A stretch of DNA of 64,000 bases from Veleropilina oligotropha (Eukaryota): the NCBI GenBank assembly GCA_048128005.1, contig JBEUKZ010000054.1:1116001-1180000 (forward strand). Direction: 5' to 3'. Both the position numbers and the translations under genes were made by a program. Shown one piece after another: positions 40,298 to 54,429 of the stretch. The notes under the pieces are model-generated. The model worked only from the letters and a program-made list of their open reading frames with translations. It had not been told where the DNA came from and made no database searches. The first letter of the stretch is position 1. Every line of letters starts with the position of its first letter.

Positions 40298-41346
40298 TAT
40301 TTTGCGACCCAGGTTTAATGTATCTACCCGAGCGACATGGTTTAATGATTCTATCTGATAAGACATATTTGTTTGTCCATTATGCGCCACTGCCACTGCG
40401 ACTGTTTATTCCACGAACGATCGGTATACGTAGACAAAAGCCGTCTGATCTATTCAATAGCGGTCCTGGCTGCACTTTTAGATCATGTCCTCATACTGAT
40501 CTTGTTCAGATGAATCAAGACTTTCAAGATTATTTTTACCCCCAGAACGTGCCAAAGTGTCAGGGTTATTAAAATATTATCGATGTCCGTGGCCAATAAT
40601 ATTGTGAGACATTATTGGACATTATTTCAACATTTTTGTTGTGACATTTACGTTCACAATTTGGTTAAATTGACCATAATTGTCGCAATGCGTCATTTAT
40701 TATGGCCGCGCGACACTTATTGCTCCTACATGCCCTTTAATTGGTCGCCAAACCTCATTTCATGTAGCCACCGGCTCAAACTCGTTTTTTCATATATCGG
40801 ATATTTACTTGAGAAGGTTGGTTTCATTGGCATCGATGATTAATATTCCATTTAATATCCTTGAGTGCCATAGTAAGACTTCTTCATATTATGGAGGGAA
40901 CAAGGTCCGGTCACCCGGGAACGCCACCGATCATCTATCGACCGCTGCGAGTGTCAACTCTAAAAGTTTCGAATCGAGGATTCGATCCCACTCCTGCGAA
41001 GATATTTCGATGAATACCAGTGAATTTGAAACGAGGTCATAGCACACTAGCGGTGCCGCCTTTGGCAAAGATCTTAGCACACATGAACACACACGCAAAT
41101 GCGCGCTCGCGCGCACACACAGAGCAGAGGTATTTGTGAAGTCGTGAAAACATGTCATTGCTCTGTACGTGAATCAAGAATATATCGTATTTTAATAGTT
41201 GTGTCCAGAAGGTAGAAAATAATTTAAGAATTCTTCAATTATGCCAATATATAGTGCATGCAGTGCACATCACAAGCACACTGAGTTAATTGGTCTTGCT
41301 ATTTAAGATTTAATTTATGGTTATGATACAAAATAAATAAAAATTA

Positions 41347-41745
41347 TTATCTCATACGAATGAGTTAGTATCTCATATTTACGAGATAGTATCTCATATT
41401 TATGAGATAGTATCTCATACGTATGAGATAGTATCTCATATTTATGAGATAGTATCTCATACGTATGAGATAGTATCTCATATTTATGAGATAATATCTC
41501 ATATTTATGAGATAGTATCTCATATTTATGAGATAGTATCTCATACGTATGAGATAGTATCTCATATTTATGAGATAGTATCTCATACGTATGAGATAGT
41601 ATCTCATATTTATGAGATAGTATCTCATATTTATGAGATAGTATCTCATACGTATGAGATAGTATCTCATATTTATGAGATAGTATCTCATATTTATGAG
41701 ATAGTATCTCATACGTATGAGTTAGTATCTCATACGTATGAGATA
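41347..41745. repeat. Right subterminal array of the palindromic 21-bp unit
   Basis: Mirror of 36402-36800. Confidence 0.95.
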
Positions 41746-43099
41746 AGTTTTTTTTTTCTCTGGCGGTTCCACGCTTCCATAGGATATATCATCTCGGTTA
41801 GACCGAATTTATTTTCCAATCTCACTAGTAGGATATTTAACTACATGTAAATAATTTACTATGAGTATGAATTATTAAGATAATGGTTTGTATTCAATAA
41901 CATTGGACAGCGCCATTTGACTCACTTGTGGTCCCGGTTACAGGAAACTGAACCATTTTCTCCTTCAGGACACATTTCATAATACAGGAATTTTAGCCTT
42001 CTTGGGAGTCGTTGAAGGATAATTTTGATAATATCTTGGACTGGGGGAAGAGAGCTAGGCCTCCATCATACTTATCATCCAGTCCATCTCCAAAAGTATA
42101 GGTAGTTTTCGACGAACCAAGCGTCAAGGTTGCAGCATGACGGAAAGATCTTCTTCTGCTCCATGTCAAGATCAAAGTCCAATAAGCTGAACTTCAGTCG
42201 AATGATTGTGATAATGCCAAGGTCCGATCTCGAGAGCAAAAGAATTTGGAAAAGAATGGAAGCGCACTAGATATTTCTGCTCTCGAGTGATATAAGCGAA
42301 AAGAGATGCAATTCTCACCGGGAATCGATGGCATCCCATTGAAATTTTTATCAGCATTTCTGACCTCTTATTGGGCCACTTTTTATTGAATGTCAACTTT
42401 ATTTTGCATCCACTTTTGACAATGTTTCAGCCTTAAAACTGCAGTCGGAATACTCGGTTGAAGGTATCACTCCGATTTGACCGACATACATTAGGGATAT
42501 GCCTTCTATTATTTTAAGAGATAAAATAAGTCGCCGGCTGACCTCGAACACTGGCCCTCCTGGCTGTCTCGGTTGAGGGTTTATCTAGGCTTCCACCGAA
42601 GCAGTTACCTTTTATTGAAGTAGCGGACGCATTGTATCTGTAGGATGTTATGCCACCATCCATATTAGAGGCTGTTGATCGTAAAATTTAAAAGAAGGAG
42701 GGCAAGGACTATTTGACCAACTGGCGACCAATCTCGCCAATTTGTATTGATTATAAAATTATTACTAAAGCCGTTATCTTGCGTCTGGAGAAGGTTATCA
42801 CCATGTGGTGTACGCGAGAACCAAACGTGCGCTGTCCCTGGGAGTTCGATATATCCCAATTCTTTACTAGTTCGTGATCTTATAGAAATGGCAGACAATG
42901 AGGACATTGCTTGTGGTGATTTAAGTCTCGATTACAAGAAGGCGTATGGACAATTGTTTGTGATTCCCTACTTTTATAGCGATATGTCCGTGAGAGTTAT
43001 CCTAAACATTAATGCACATTTTATGGTAATTTCGTCGTACGTTGGCTAGTTAACGTGTTCTTTGTTTTGATGATGTTGCACAATAATGGTCGAAGGATA

Positions 43100-44925
43100 A
43101 TATCAAACGGCAAGGCGTGGCAGTGATAGTCTAAAAGGAATTTGCACAGTGTATCCCGTCATATCCACAGATTGATGATCTTATGTCTCGACACTACAGA
43201 CGGCCCGTTATCGATCATCCAAATTTACGCCCCAGGCTACTGTAACGATTCAAACGAAGAATTTCTTGATGATATGCGAACAAAATTAAACATGATCCCG
43301 CGAAATAGCACATATATGCTGTTAAGTGATTTAAACCGGAAGGTAGGCGAAAACCAACCTGAATTATTCTGTTAGACGATATGGCCTCGGAAAATTAAAT
43401 GCGAGCCAGCTACTCCAGACAAACGAGCTCATTATAACGAACAATCAGGACGGACAACATGGATATCTTCAGACAATGGCACAATGAACCAGATCGACTA
43501 CATCATTATCCAGAAAAAAGGATATCAAAGGCAAAAATGAGCAGAGGACACCACTCAGCAGATGTTGGATTCGACCACTTTATTGTTTTGGAAAATCTTT
43601 ACAACACCGGTACAAAGAAAAAGCCAAAGCGAATAAAGAACTCACTTCGAAGATATGCCGTAGAGAAGCGAGCAAGAATTTCAACTGAAGTTAGGCTGTG
43701 TATTTGAACCTCTTTTAGAACTAGAAGCAGATGACATAAAAATGGTATATTCAAAGTGTATATATAGATACCACCAACAAAGTTACAGAAGAAGTATTAG
43801 GCTACAGAAAGAGAACTGAAGTAACAGGTCTCCCAATTGATGTCAAAACTGCATGAGAACAACGACGAAATACAAGAATTGAAATACTACAAAAAAACAA
43901 GGATAAGGAAAAAGCAGTTAAATACAAGAAATTAAATATCGAAGTGAAAAAACCTATCAAAAAGCAAAAGAACATAAACTTACAAGACAAGATAGAACAA
44001 ATTGAAGCTGATTTTAAAAACAACAAATGTCACAATTTATTCAAACATGTTCGAGATATGGAATGAAAGGGGCGGAAGTCCGTGAGTATAGAGATGGTAA
44101 TACACATACAAACAAAGCCAAATTCTCCAGTGTTGGCAAAACCACTTCAAAACCCACCTGAGCACATAATTCCCGCACGACCCAGACGCAATATCGGACA
44201 TCCTGTCAACCGTCCAAGACACTGACAGCCATAGCGATATCACAAAAGATGAAACAGAAATTATCAAATATGAAAATTAAAATACCCTTGTACTGATGTC
44301 ATCACATCGGAAGTTCTGAAAGTCGGAGGTAAACCTTGGTAAGCATGCTGCACAAGATATTTACCAACCAAAAAACTGGGCACAAGAAGGGAAATAAACT
44401 AAAACCAGAAAATTATAGGGCCATCTCGCTTCTCCCAATCCCTGGCAAAGTATTTAGCAGAATTCTTCTCAACAGAATGAACACAAAATCAAAAGAAGCA
44501 ATAGGAGAAAGTCAGTTTGGTTTTCGACCAGGACGGGGAAGCGTAGATGCAATTTTAACAAGGTCTCTTATCTCCTACTCTATTTAGCATATTTTTATAA
44601 TTTGTAATGAAGGAACTGGAAGATCGCGATACAACACTAACCCTCAACGATAATTTTTCAATAGACATCAGATATGCTGATGATACGAACCTGGTATCAG
44701 GACTTTTCGAAAAAATGAAACTAAGCACAAAACACTTAGATCTGGCGTGTAAGAAATGGGGTATGAAAATAAATAGAAACAAATGCATGCGTCTAACCCC
44801 AAGCGACGAAACCGTAACATTGGATGGTTCAGAAGTGGAACATGTCAAGGAGTTTGTGTTTTTAGACAGTGTCGTGCCCAACACTACAGATGACGTTAAA
44901 CTACGAATATCGTTGGCGTCGACCG
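43100..44925 (+). pseudogene. Decayed RTE-like LINE (endonuclease and RT)
   Basis: QGVAVI, IIQIYAP, SDLNRKVG, NQIDYII, ADVGFDH, ENYRAISLLPIPGKVFSRIL, QFGFRPGRGSVDAI, DIRYADD, VKEFVFL; stops and frameshifts. Confidence 0.85.
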
Positions 44926-44929
44926 CTTT

Positions 44930-45112
44930 ACTAACAAGAGGGGTTCGAATCTCCGCTAGGGCATTAACATTTTTTTCTGTATCTGGCCGGATAGGGCAGG
45001 GTTCCCCGGGCGACCGGGCTCTCATCGGGCGATAATATAGACATGGCCCCCTTTGAACCTAATGATTGAAAATTTACAGGATATTAAGCATCGTCGATCC
45101 TTTCCTTTCCTT
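44930..45112 (+). mobile_element. Partial SINE copy abutting the truncated end of the RTE fragment
   Basis: gggttcgaatc B-box, ccccgggcgaccggg, gcgataa..acaggatattaagcatc, as in the other copies. Confidence 0.6.
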
Positions 45113-45327
45113 AAAGGGGGTGAGTGTTCTGTGAGACTTGAGTTTTTGTGGAAACGTTCTGATATGACCATGGATAACGCTAAAATTCACGGACCTGTAT
45201 TGATGATATCGATACATTTAACCAATACACTATTAATGGTTTTATTATTGTAACAATTAATAAATATACACATGCCTTTTGCTTGCAATACATCAATGAC
45301 AATATCTGATATAATATAATGTTGAGG

Positions 45328-45398
45328 TCATATGTTTTTTATTTCGATATCTGCGCAACCGTAAAAGTGCTCTTGGTGTTCCTGGCCCGTGTGTTGCG
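45328..45398 (-). CDS. AA15-type LPMO, exon 3 (terminal)
   Basis: ttttctttattgcAG acceptor; G|CG phase-1 join; (A)QHTGQEHQEHFYGCADIEIKNI then TGA; matches the AA15 C-terminal QExFxxCADIxI motif. Confidence 0.85.
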
Positions 45399-46374
45399 CT
45401 GCAATAAAGAAAATATAGTATAGTATCGGATCCAGATCGGACCATTTCTTCTTCTAACAGAATTGTATTGTTGTTGAATGTTGCTTGTATATGGCAGAGT
45501 GTGGTGCATGCACCGCAATTACTTTCATATTGCGCCTATTTTATAAAACATTCTTGAACAATGCATGACGTTTGATACAATTTAGCTTGGAATTATGAAT
45601 CTGTCGTCATAATTGTGTCACAAGATTACAACTGGAAATATTATCTAAGTACGATCGAAGCAAAGATTATATCTATACAACAAAGATAAAATCTGTTTAA
45701 TAGTTAATAAACATTAGGTAATTGAACAGCAAATTCTAGGCGATAATTTCCGTGTTTGTGTATGCATGTCTAGAGGCTAAATGTTACGCATAATTATTGG
45801 TCTTAAATTCTCGAATCGTTAGGGATGAAAAACACATTCGCAATTTTAGTGCCGGTTCAGATGGTAACGATAATCACTGAATGACACACTCTCTCTGCCG
45901 TCCACGGGCAAATTAATGTAAGAGCTTTTGAGGGCTTTGTTCACAAGTAGCTCGATTCAGGGAGAGATATGGAGGGACACACTCATGGAGAGAGTCGATG
46001 AGGACGTAGTTTAGTTTAAACATATTTTATTGCACAATATTTGGATTGTATTGGAATAAAGTTGTGACAACTTAAAGATATCCTCTCCTGCTGGCGTGCC
46101 ATCGTGCTCGTCAGATAGGCCTACATTAGTTAGTCGATAATAACACTATGCTTTCTGTATGAAGTAGAATCTGATATGATAGTCATACATAACACTAAAG
46201 ATAACATCTGACTGAAAACATGAACTACGAAGATAAGATCTGCATTCTGATTTATGTGCTCTCGTCAAGTCCATGTTACGGTGGAGAATAAAGCCCCGAT
46301 TACGGGAATTGAGAGCTACACCAACCACGCCCAACGGAATTCATAAATAATGTATAGGTTATACCACGAGGTTA

Positions 46375-46936
<562 letters not shown>

Positions 46937-47358
46937 TAGTTGTGTAATCGGAATAGCCTGCAGTTAAACCACGAGGCGCGAAGTACCGATTTGTTTAACT
47001 GCACGGGCTTTTCCGATTAGATAACACAAACCGATTGATATAACCGACTTATACCATTGAAAAAATTTACAATAATTATAAATATATGATTTTAAAAACC
47101 TAATACACCCATTTTTAATGTCAGAAAGTAGTCCCCCATGGTCTAACTGACAATATGGTTAGTTATACCACGGGTCAAGACAATAGAATGACGTCACAAA
47201 AATGGTTTAAGTTCTTATTTTATGTGTAGGTCTAACATCTTCAAACCTCGATATATATATACATTGTAATAGATATTGCCATGACGCTTGCGAAGATATC
47301 TGACATAATTACCGAATTATGAAGATATCGCACCTGGGTGTCAGGGTATTTAATCCGT

Positions 47359-50300
47359 CATAGACATCAAGGCAATATATTGTATAGGGGGGATCTCACA
47401 TAGACATCAAGGCAATATGTTGTATAGGGGGGATCCCACATAGACATCAAGGCAATATGTTGCATAGGGGGGATCTCACATAGACATCAAGGCAATATGT
47501 TGTATAGGGGGGATCTCACATAGACATCAAGGCAATATATTGTATAGGGGGGGATCTCACATGAGTGATCATTATATCGTATAGGGGGGATCTCACATGA
47601 GTGAACATTATATCGTATAGGGGGGATCTCACATGAGTGATCATTATATTGTATAGGGGGGATCTCACATGAGAGATCATTATATCGTATAGGGGGGATC
47701 TCACATGAGTGATCATTATATTGTATAGGGGGGATCTCACATGAGAGATCATTATATTGTATAGGGGGGATCTCACATGAGTGATCATTATATTGTATAG
47801 GGGGGATCTCACATGAGTGATCATTATATTGTATAGGGGGGATCTCACATGAGTGATCATTATATCGTATAGGGGGGATCTCACATGAGTGATCATTATA
47901 TTGTATAGGGGGATCTCACATGAGTGATCATTATATTGTATAGGGGGGATCTCACATGAGTGATCATTATATCGTATGGGGGGATCTCACATGAGTGATC
48001 ATTATATCGTATAGGGGGGATCTCACATGAGTGATAATTATATCGTATAGGGGGGATCTCACATGAGTGATCATTATATCGTATAGGGGGGATCTCACAT
48101 GAGTGATCATTATATCGTATAGGGGGGATCTCACATGAGAGATCATTATATCGTATAGGGGGGATCTCACATGAGTGATCATTATATTGTATAGGGGGGA
48201 TCTCACATGAGTGATCATTATATTGTATAGGGGGGATCTCACATGAGTGATCATTATATTGTATAGGGGGGGATCTCACATGAGTGATCATTATATTGTA
48301 TAGGGGGGATCTCACATAGACATCAAGGCAATATGTTGTATAGGGGGGATCTCACATAGACATCAAGGCAATATATCGTATAGGGGGGATCTCACATGAG
48401 TGATCATTATATTGTATAGGGGGATCTCACATGAGTGATCATTATATTGTATAGGGGGGATCTCACATGAGTGATCATTATATCGTATAGGGGGGATCTC
48501 ACATGAGTGATCATTATATCGTATAGGGGGGATCTCACATGAGTGATAATTATATCGTATAGGGGGGATCTCACATGAGTGATCATTATATCGTATAGGG
48601 GGGATCTCACATGAGTGATCAATATATCGTATAGGGGGGATCTCACATGAGAGATCATTATATCGTATAGGAGGGATCTCACATGAGTGATCATTATATT
48701 GTATAGGGGGGATCTCACATGAGTGATCATTATATTGTATAGGGGGGATCTCACATGAGTGATCATTATATTGTATAGGGGGGATCTCACATGAGTGATC
48801 ATTATATTGTATAGGGGGGATCTCACATAGACATCAAGGCAATATGTTGTATAGGGGGGATCTCACATAGACATCAAGGCAATATATCGTATAGGGGGGA
48901 TCTCACATGAGTGATCATTATATTGTATAGGGGGATCTCACATGAGTGATCATTATATTGTATAGGTGGGATCTCACATGAGAGATCATTATATTGTATA
49001 GGGGGGATCTCACATGAGTGATCATTATATTGTATAGGGGGGATCTCACATGAGAGATCATTATATTGTATAGGGGGATCTCACATGAGAGATCATTATA
49101 TTGTATAGGGGGGATCTCACATGAGAGATCATTATATTGTATAGGGGGATCTCACATGAGAGATCATTATATTGTATAGGGTGGATCTCACATGCGTGAT
49201 CATTATATTGTATAGGGGGGATCTCACATGAGTGATCATTATATTGTATAGGGGGGATCTCACATGCGTGATCATTATGTTGTATAGGGGGGATCTCACA
49301 TGCGTGATCATTATATTGTATAGGGGGGATCTCACATGAGTGATCATTATATTGTATAGGGGGGGATCTCACATGCGTGATCATTATGTTGTATAGGGGG
49401 GATCTCACATGCGTGATCATTATATTGCATAGGGGGGATCTCACATGAGTGATCATTATATTGTATAGGGGGGATCTCACATGCGTGATCATTATGTTGT
49501 ATAGGGGGATCTCACATGCGTGATCATTATATTGTATAGGGGGGATCTCACATGAGTGATCATTATATTGTATAGGGGGATCTCACATGAGAGATCATTA
49601 TGTTGTATTGGGGGATCTCACATGAGAGATCATTATATTGTATAGGGGGGATCTCACATGAGAGTTCATTATGTTGTATAGGGGGGATCTCACATGTGTG
49701 ATCATTATATCGTATAGGGGGATCTCACATGAGCGATCATTATGTTGTATAGGGGGGATCTCACATGAGTGATCATTATATTGTATAGGGGGGATCTCAC
49801 ATGCGTGATCATTATGTTGTATAGGGGGGATCTCACATGCGTGATCATTATATTGTATAGGGGAGATCTCACATGAGTGATCATTATATTGTATAGGGGG
49901 ATCTCACATGAGAGATCATTATGTTGTATAGGGGGGATCTCACATGAGAGATCATTATATTGTATAGGGGGGATCTCACATGAGAGATCATTATGTTGTA
50001 TAGGGGGATCTCACATGTGTGATCATTATATCGTATAGGGGGGATCTCACATGAGTGATCATTATGTTGTATAGGGGGGATCTCACATGAGTGATCATTA
50101 TATCGTATAGGGGGGATCTCACATGAGTGATCATTATGTTGTATAGGGGGATCTCACATGAGAGATCATTATATCGTATAGGGGGATCTCACATGAGTGA
50201 TCATTATATCGTATAGGGGGGATCTCACATGAGAGATCATTATATTGTATAGGGGGGATCTCACATGAGTGATCATTATATCGTATGGGGGGATCTCACA

Positions 50301-51320
50301 TGAGAGATCATTATATTGTATAGGGGGGATCTCACATGAGAGATCATTATATCGTATAGGGGGGATCTCACATGAGAGATCATTATATTGTATAGGGGGG
50401 ATCTCACATGCGTGATCATTATATCGTATAGGGGGGATCTCACATGAGAGATCATTATATCGTATAGGGGGGATCTCACATGAGAGATCATTATATCGTA
50501 TAGGGGGGATCTCACATGAGAGATCATTATATCGTATAGGGGGGATCTCACATGCGTGATCATTATATCGTATAGGGGGGATCTCACATGCGTGATCATT
50601 ATATCGTATAGGGGGGATCTCACATGCGTGATCATTATATCGTATAGGGGGGATCTCACATGAGAGATCATTATGTTGTATAGGGGGGATCTCACATGAG
50701 AGATCATTATATCGTATAGGGGGATCTCACATGAGAGATCATTATATCGTATAGGGGGGATCTCACATGCGTGATCATTATATCGTATAGGGGGGATCTC
50801 ACGTGCGTGATCATTATATCGTATAGGGGGGATCTCACATGCGTGATCATTATATCGTATAGGGGGGATCTCACATGAGAGATCATTATATTGTATAGGG
50901 GGGATCTCACATGAGAGATCATTATATTGTATAGGGGGGGATCTCACATGAGAGATCATTATATCGTATAGGGGGGATCTCACATGAGTGATCATTATAT
51001 TGTATAGGGGGGATCTCACATGAGTGATCATTATATCGTATAGGGGGGATCTCACATGAGAGATCATTATATTGTATAGGGGGGATCTCACATGAGAGAT
51101 CATTATGTTGTATAGGGGGGATCTCACATGAGTGATCATTATATCGTATAGGGGGGATCTCACATGAGTGATCAATATATCGTATAGGGGGGATCTCACA
51201 TGAGAGATCATTATATCGTATAGGGGGGATCTCACATGAGAGATCATTATATTGTATAGGGGGGATCTCACATGAGTGATCATTATGTTGTATAGGGGGG
51301 ATCTCACATGAGTGATCATT
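47359..51320. repeat. 36-bp minisatellite (tataggggggatctcacatgagtgatcattatattg), ~4 kb, with 40-bp variant units; lies in LPMO intron 2
   Basis: Direct periodicity. Confidence 0.97.
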
Positions 51321-52331
51321 TCATATCATATGATTTATTAAATCAGTTAACTAATTTTCATATTTGCAGAGGTTTAATCGAAGAAAATGTTAAAATTAGT
51401 TAACAAGTTTCACAAATGTGATATTAAATGACCACGAATGTGAGATTTTATTTATCATATATCTCAAATTTATAAAGAAATAAGATGTACAACGTTGTTT
51501 TTTTAACTTTGCTGACGCGTTCTAACATAATACTACTAACATTATTATGCGGTGCAGTAATATTGCAGAAATTATTAAATGAACGACACGCGTGTAGGTT
51601 GCGCGTCGATTTCATTTATAACGTCATCGAGTTTGAAGCGACGTATACGTGTCGTCTGCTGACGACTACAGTTCGTCAACTTACATATAAAGCATCAGAA
51701 TCATGAAGAATATGTCGGCTTTGTATATGGTAACAATAAACACGTTTAGATAATAATTTTATAAAACTGCAACGTTAATATGTCAATTTCCATCTAAAAT
51801 GAGTACGAAGTGACGACAAGATGGTAGTAATGAATGAAATGAAATGAACACCTAATATTCTGCATAGCGGAAACTAAATAATTATTGCAAACTACTACAT
51901 TGAATTTTGTATGCTATAACTATCGGGAGTTAAGCGATCTTACCTGGATGTCTGTACTTATTATTTCAACTAAATACTAGTCGTTAGTCGCAGTATTTTC
52001 CCTTGACCGTGGCATGTTTTTCTGATCGGGAAAATCGCAAATAGTAAAAAATAGTCCTACACAATGGAAAATGACCTTTTATGACCTGCGAGGCAAATTA
52101 ATACGGTTAAAGTAACTGAAGGGTTGGCTTAAACCTCGTTATCAATCAATCGAACAAAGTCGTTATACCGGGATTGAACCGCTGCATTGAAACCCGTGCT
52201 TAACCACACATACGCACCTGCTTAACTACACATACGCACCTGCTTAACCACACATACACACCTGTTTAACTACATATACGCACCTGCTTAACCACACACA
52301 CGTACTTGTTTTATTATTGAATGAATCCTAC

Positions 52332-52704
52332 CTGCTTCGTATATCCATTGAAATACACAATGATCGCACACCATCCGCCTGGGTAATCTCACTCGTAAAG
52401 AAATAAAGCCGTTTTCTTTGTTAGACAGATGGTACCGTTTGCGATGCCCTTTAATCCGTAACACTTTTTCATCTAGGCACTGTTGAGTTGCGTCTCTTGT
52501 TGAGTCCATCATGTTGCATATGCGAAATTCGAACCAGCCTCCATGGTTTTTCGTTAGCTCTATTCGAACATCGATTTTCTGCCCCTTGGTGTAGCTCTGG
52601 ACGATGACGCCAGTGGCGTATTTCCCGCCGACCTCGTGCTCGCGCGGCCCTTGCCAGGGATCCCCGCATATGCCGCATTTGCCGTCGTTGACATACCATT
52701 GATT
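52332..52704 (-). CDS. AA15-type LPMO (chitin-binding type-4 domain), exon 2
   Basis: ttccAG acceptor and GTagga donor; NQW..GKCGICGDPW..HEVGGKYATGVI..NHGGWFEFRIC..CDHCVFQWIY. Confidence 0.93.
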
Positions 52705-53372
52705 CTGGAATTTGAAAACAACGAAGTATAAAATGTTATTTTCGGTATTATTCATAATTTATATTTGTATTTGTTTACAGATAAGGATGAAAAATGATAA
52801 AAATGTATATGTACGATACCAAAATAGCAGAAAACAAATAAAAACAACGAACGCCCTCAGATAAAGCTACTATAATATGGGTACTATGACGAACTTCATA
52901 TTCAAGACAACGGTTACATAGTAAAAACCATTATGAAATATATAGGCATATCCGGCTCTGTACAATAATAATCAATGATGACCAGTCAAATCGACTAGTG
53001 TGCCATAAGGGAAGTCGCCTTTTCGTTCAACGGGTATAGGGACGTAGCCAGAATCTGTCTTGACAGAGTGGGTAAATAATGAACTACGATACACAATGAC
53101 GAGATGAAGACACCTTAATGCAAAAGATTTTTCGATGATATCGCTATTTCCAATCGCATTAAGCATCACATTTTCAACCACCGTCACTTACCCCCGGTTA
53201 TAGTAATACTTATTGGTAAACATTGTCAGTATACTTTAATTTGTGTGTGTTTTATTTATTAGAGAATACACTGCGACCCAAGCGATATCGCACATAACGA
53301 GCTGAGCGACAGCGAGGGACGATATGTGTACCAAGAACATCTATTGTAATTTTAAAGTCGTAACCCCTTAAA

Positions 53373-53951
53373 ACACTCATGGAACAGCCATATATCGACA
53401 CTCATGGAACAGCCATATATCGACACTCATGGAACAGCCATATATCGACACTCATGGAACAGCCATATATCGACACTCATGGAACAGCCATATATCGACA
53501 CTCATGGAACAGCCATATATCGACACCCATGGAACAGCCATATATCGACACTCATGGAACAGCCATATATCGACTAATACGGAGGGTTATGAGACACTCA
53601 TGGAACAGCCATATATCGACACTCATGGAACAGCCATATATCGACTAATACGGAGGGTTATGAGACACTCATGGAGCAGCCATATATCGACTAATACGGA
53701 GGGTTATGAGACACTCATGGAACAGCCATATATCGACTAATACGGAGGGTTATGAGACACTCATGGAACAGCCATATATCGACACTCATGGAACAGCCAT
53801 ATATCGACACTCATGGAACAGCCATATATCGACACTCATGGAACAGCCATATATCGACACTCATGGAACAGCCATATATCGACACTCATGGAACAGCCAT
53901 ATATCGACACTCATGGAACAGCCATATACGACTAATACGGAGGGTTATGAG
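53373..53951. repeat. 25-bp minisatellite (gacactcatggaacagccatatatc) with an interspersed 21-bp module; lies in LPMO intron 1
   Basis: Direct periodicity; gactaatacggagggttatga occurs five times. Confidence 0.95.
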
Positions 53952-54429
53952 AGTCGACTCTTCAATTGAAATGAGCTGGCACCTTGTCAATGTCTTTGTT
54001 TTAGCCAGCTCCAAGTCGCTACCCGAGTTAATCCCTTTGTTGGAACAACTGACACTACGAGCCCTATGTTCAGATACGAAGCTAATGGTATGTATAGGTG
54101 CGTGTATTTATGTGATGGGGTGAATTTTAGCTTCCACGTTGTGGCTTCATTTAATGCTTAAAAGAACAAAATACGACAACCTATTTCCTAATTCTTAATT
54201 CGCATATTCCTAATTCCTAACAATGTTTGCATTAGTTCAGATTTACGTTAATCCTATCTTTGAAAATTCTGATTGAGTCTAGGTAGCCTTTTGTAATATA
54301 TTGTAAAATGAAATCGCAGCATTATCATATATCTTGAAATAGTATAAGAGTAGACAGCTTAACATACATGGAAAGGATAGAATGCTATTGATACAAAAAC
54401 GATATTCCAAAAAATGTGGATAGACTTAC

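Larger units (their letters stand above)
36369..41781. mobile_element. 5.4-kb fully palindromic non-autonomous DNA transposon with IS3EU-type ends
   Basis: TIR tatggaagcgtggaaccgccagagaaaaaaa / ttttttctctggcggttccacgcttccata; 6-bp TSD ggatat at 36363-36368 and 41782-41787; arms complementary through to the centre at 38923/38924. Confidence 0.9.
35775..42950 (+). pseudogene. Decayed Tx1 (L1-clade) LINE ORF2 (APE endonuclease and N-terminal RT), split by the giant palindrome
   Basis: LQE, DGRW, CVYTP, IIFGGYFNCI, DLFRMLHP..YTWTSPTEDI|SSRLDRI across the insertion; then SPGIDGIP, NWRPISPICIDYKII, NQTCAVPG..LVRDLI..LSLDYKKAY; many frameshifts. Confidence 0.85.

Noticed and set aside
53373..53951. 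CRISPR-like repeat/spacer appearance
   Set aside because: The interspersed 21-bp module is identical each time, there are no unique spacers or cas genes, and it lies in a eukaryotic intron
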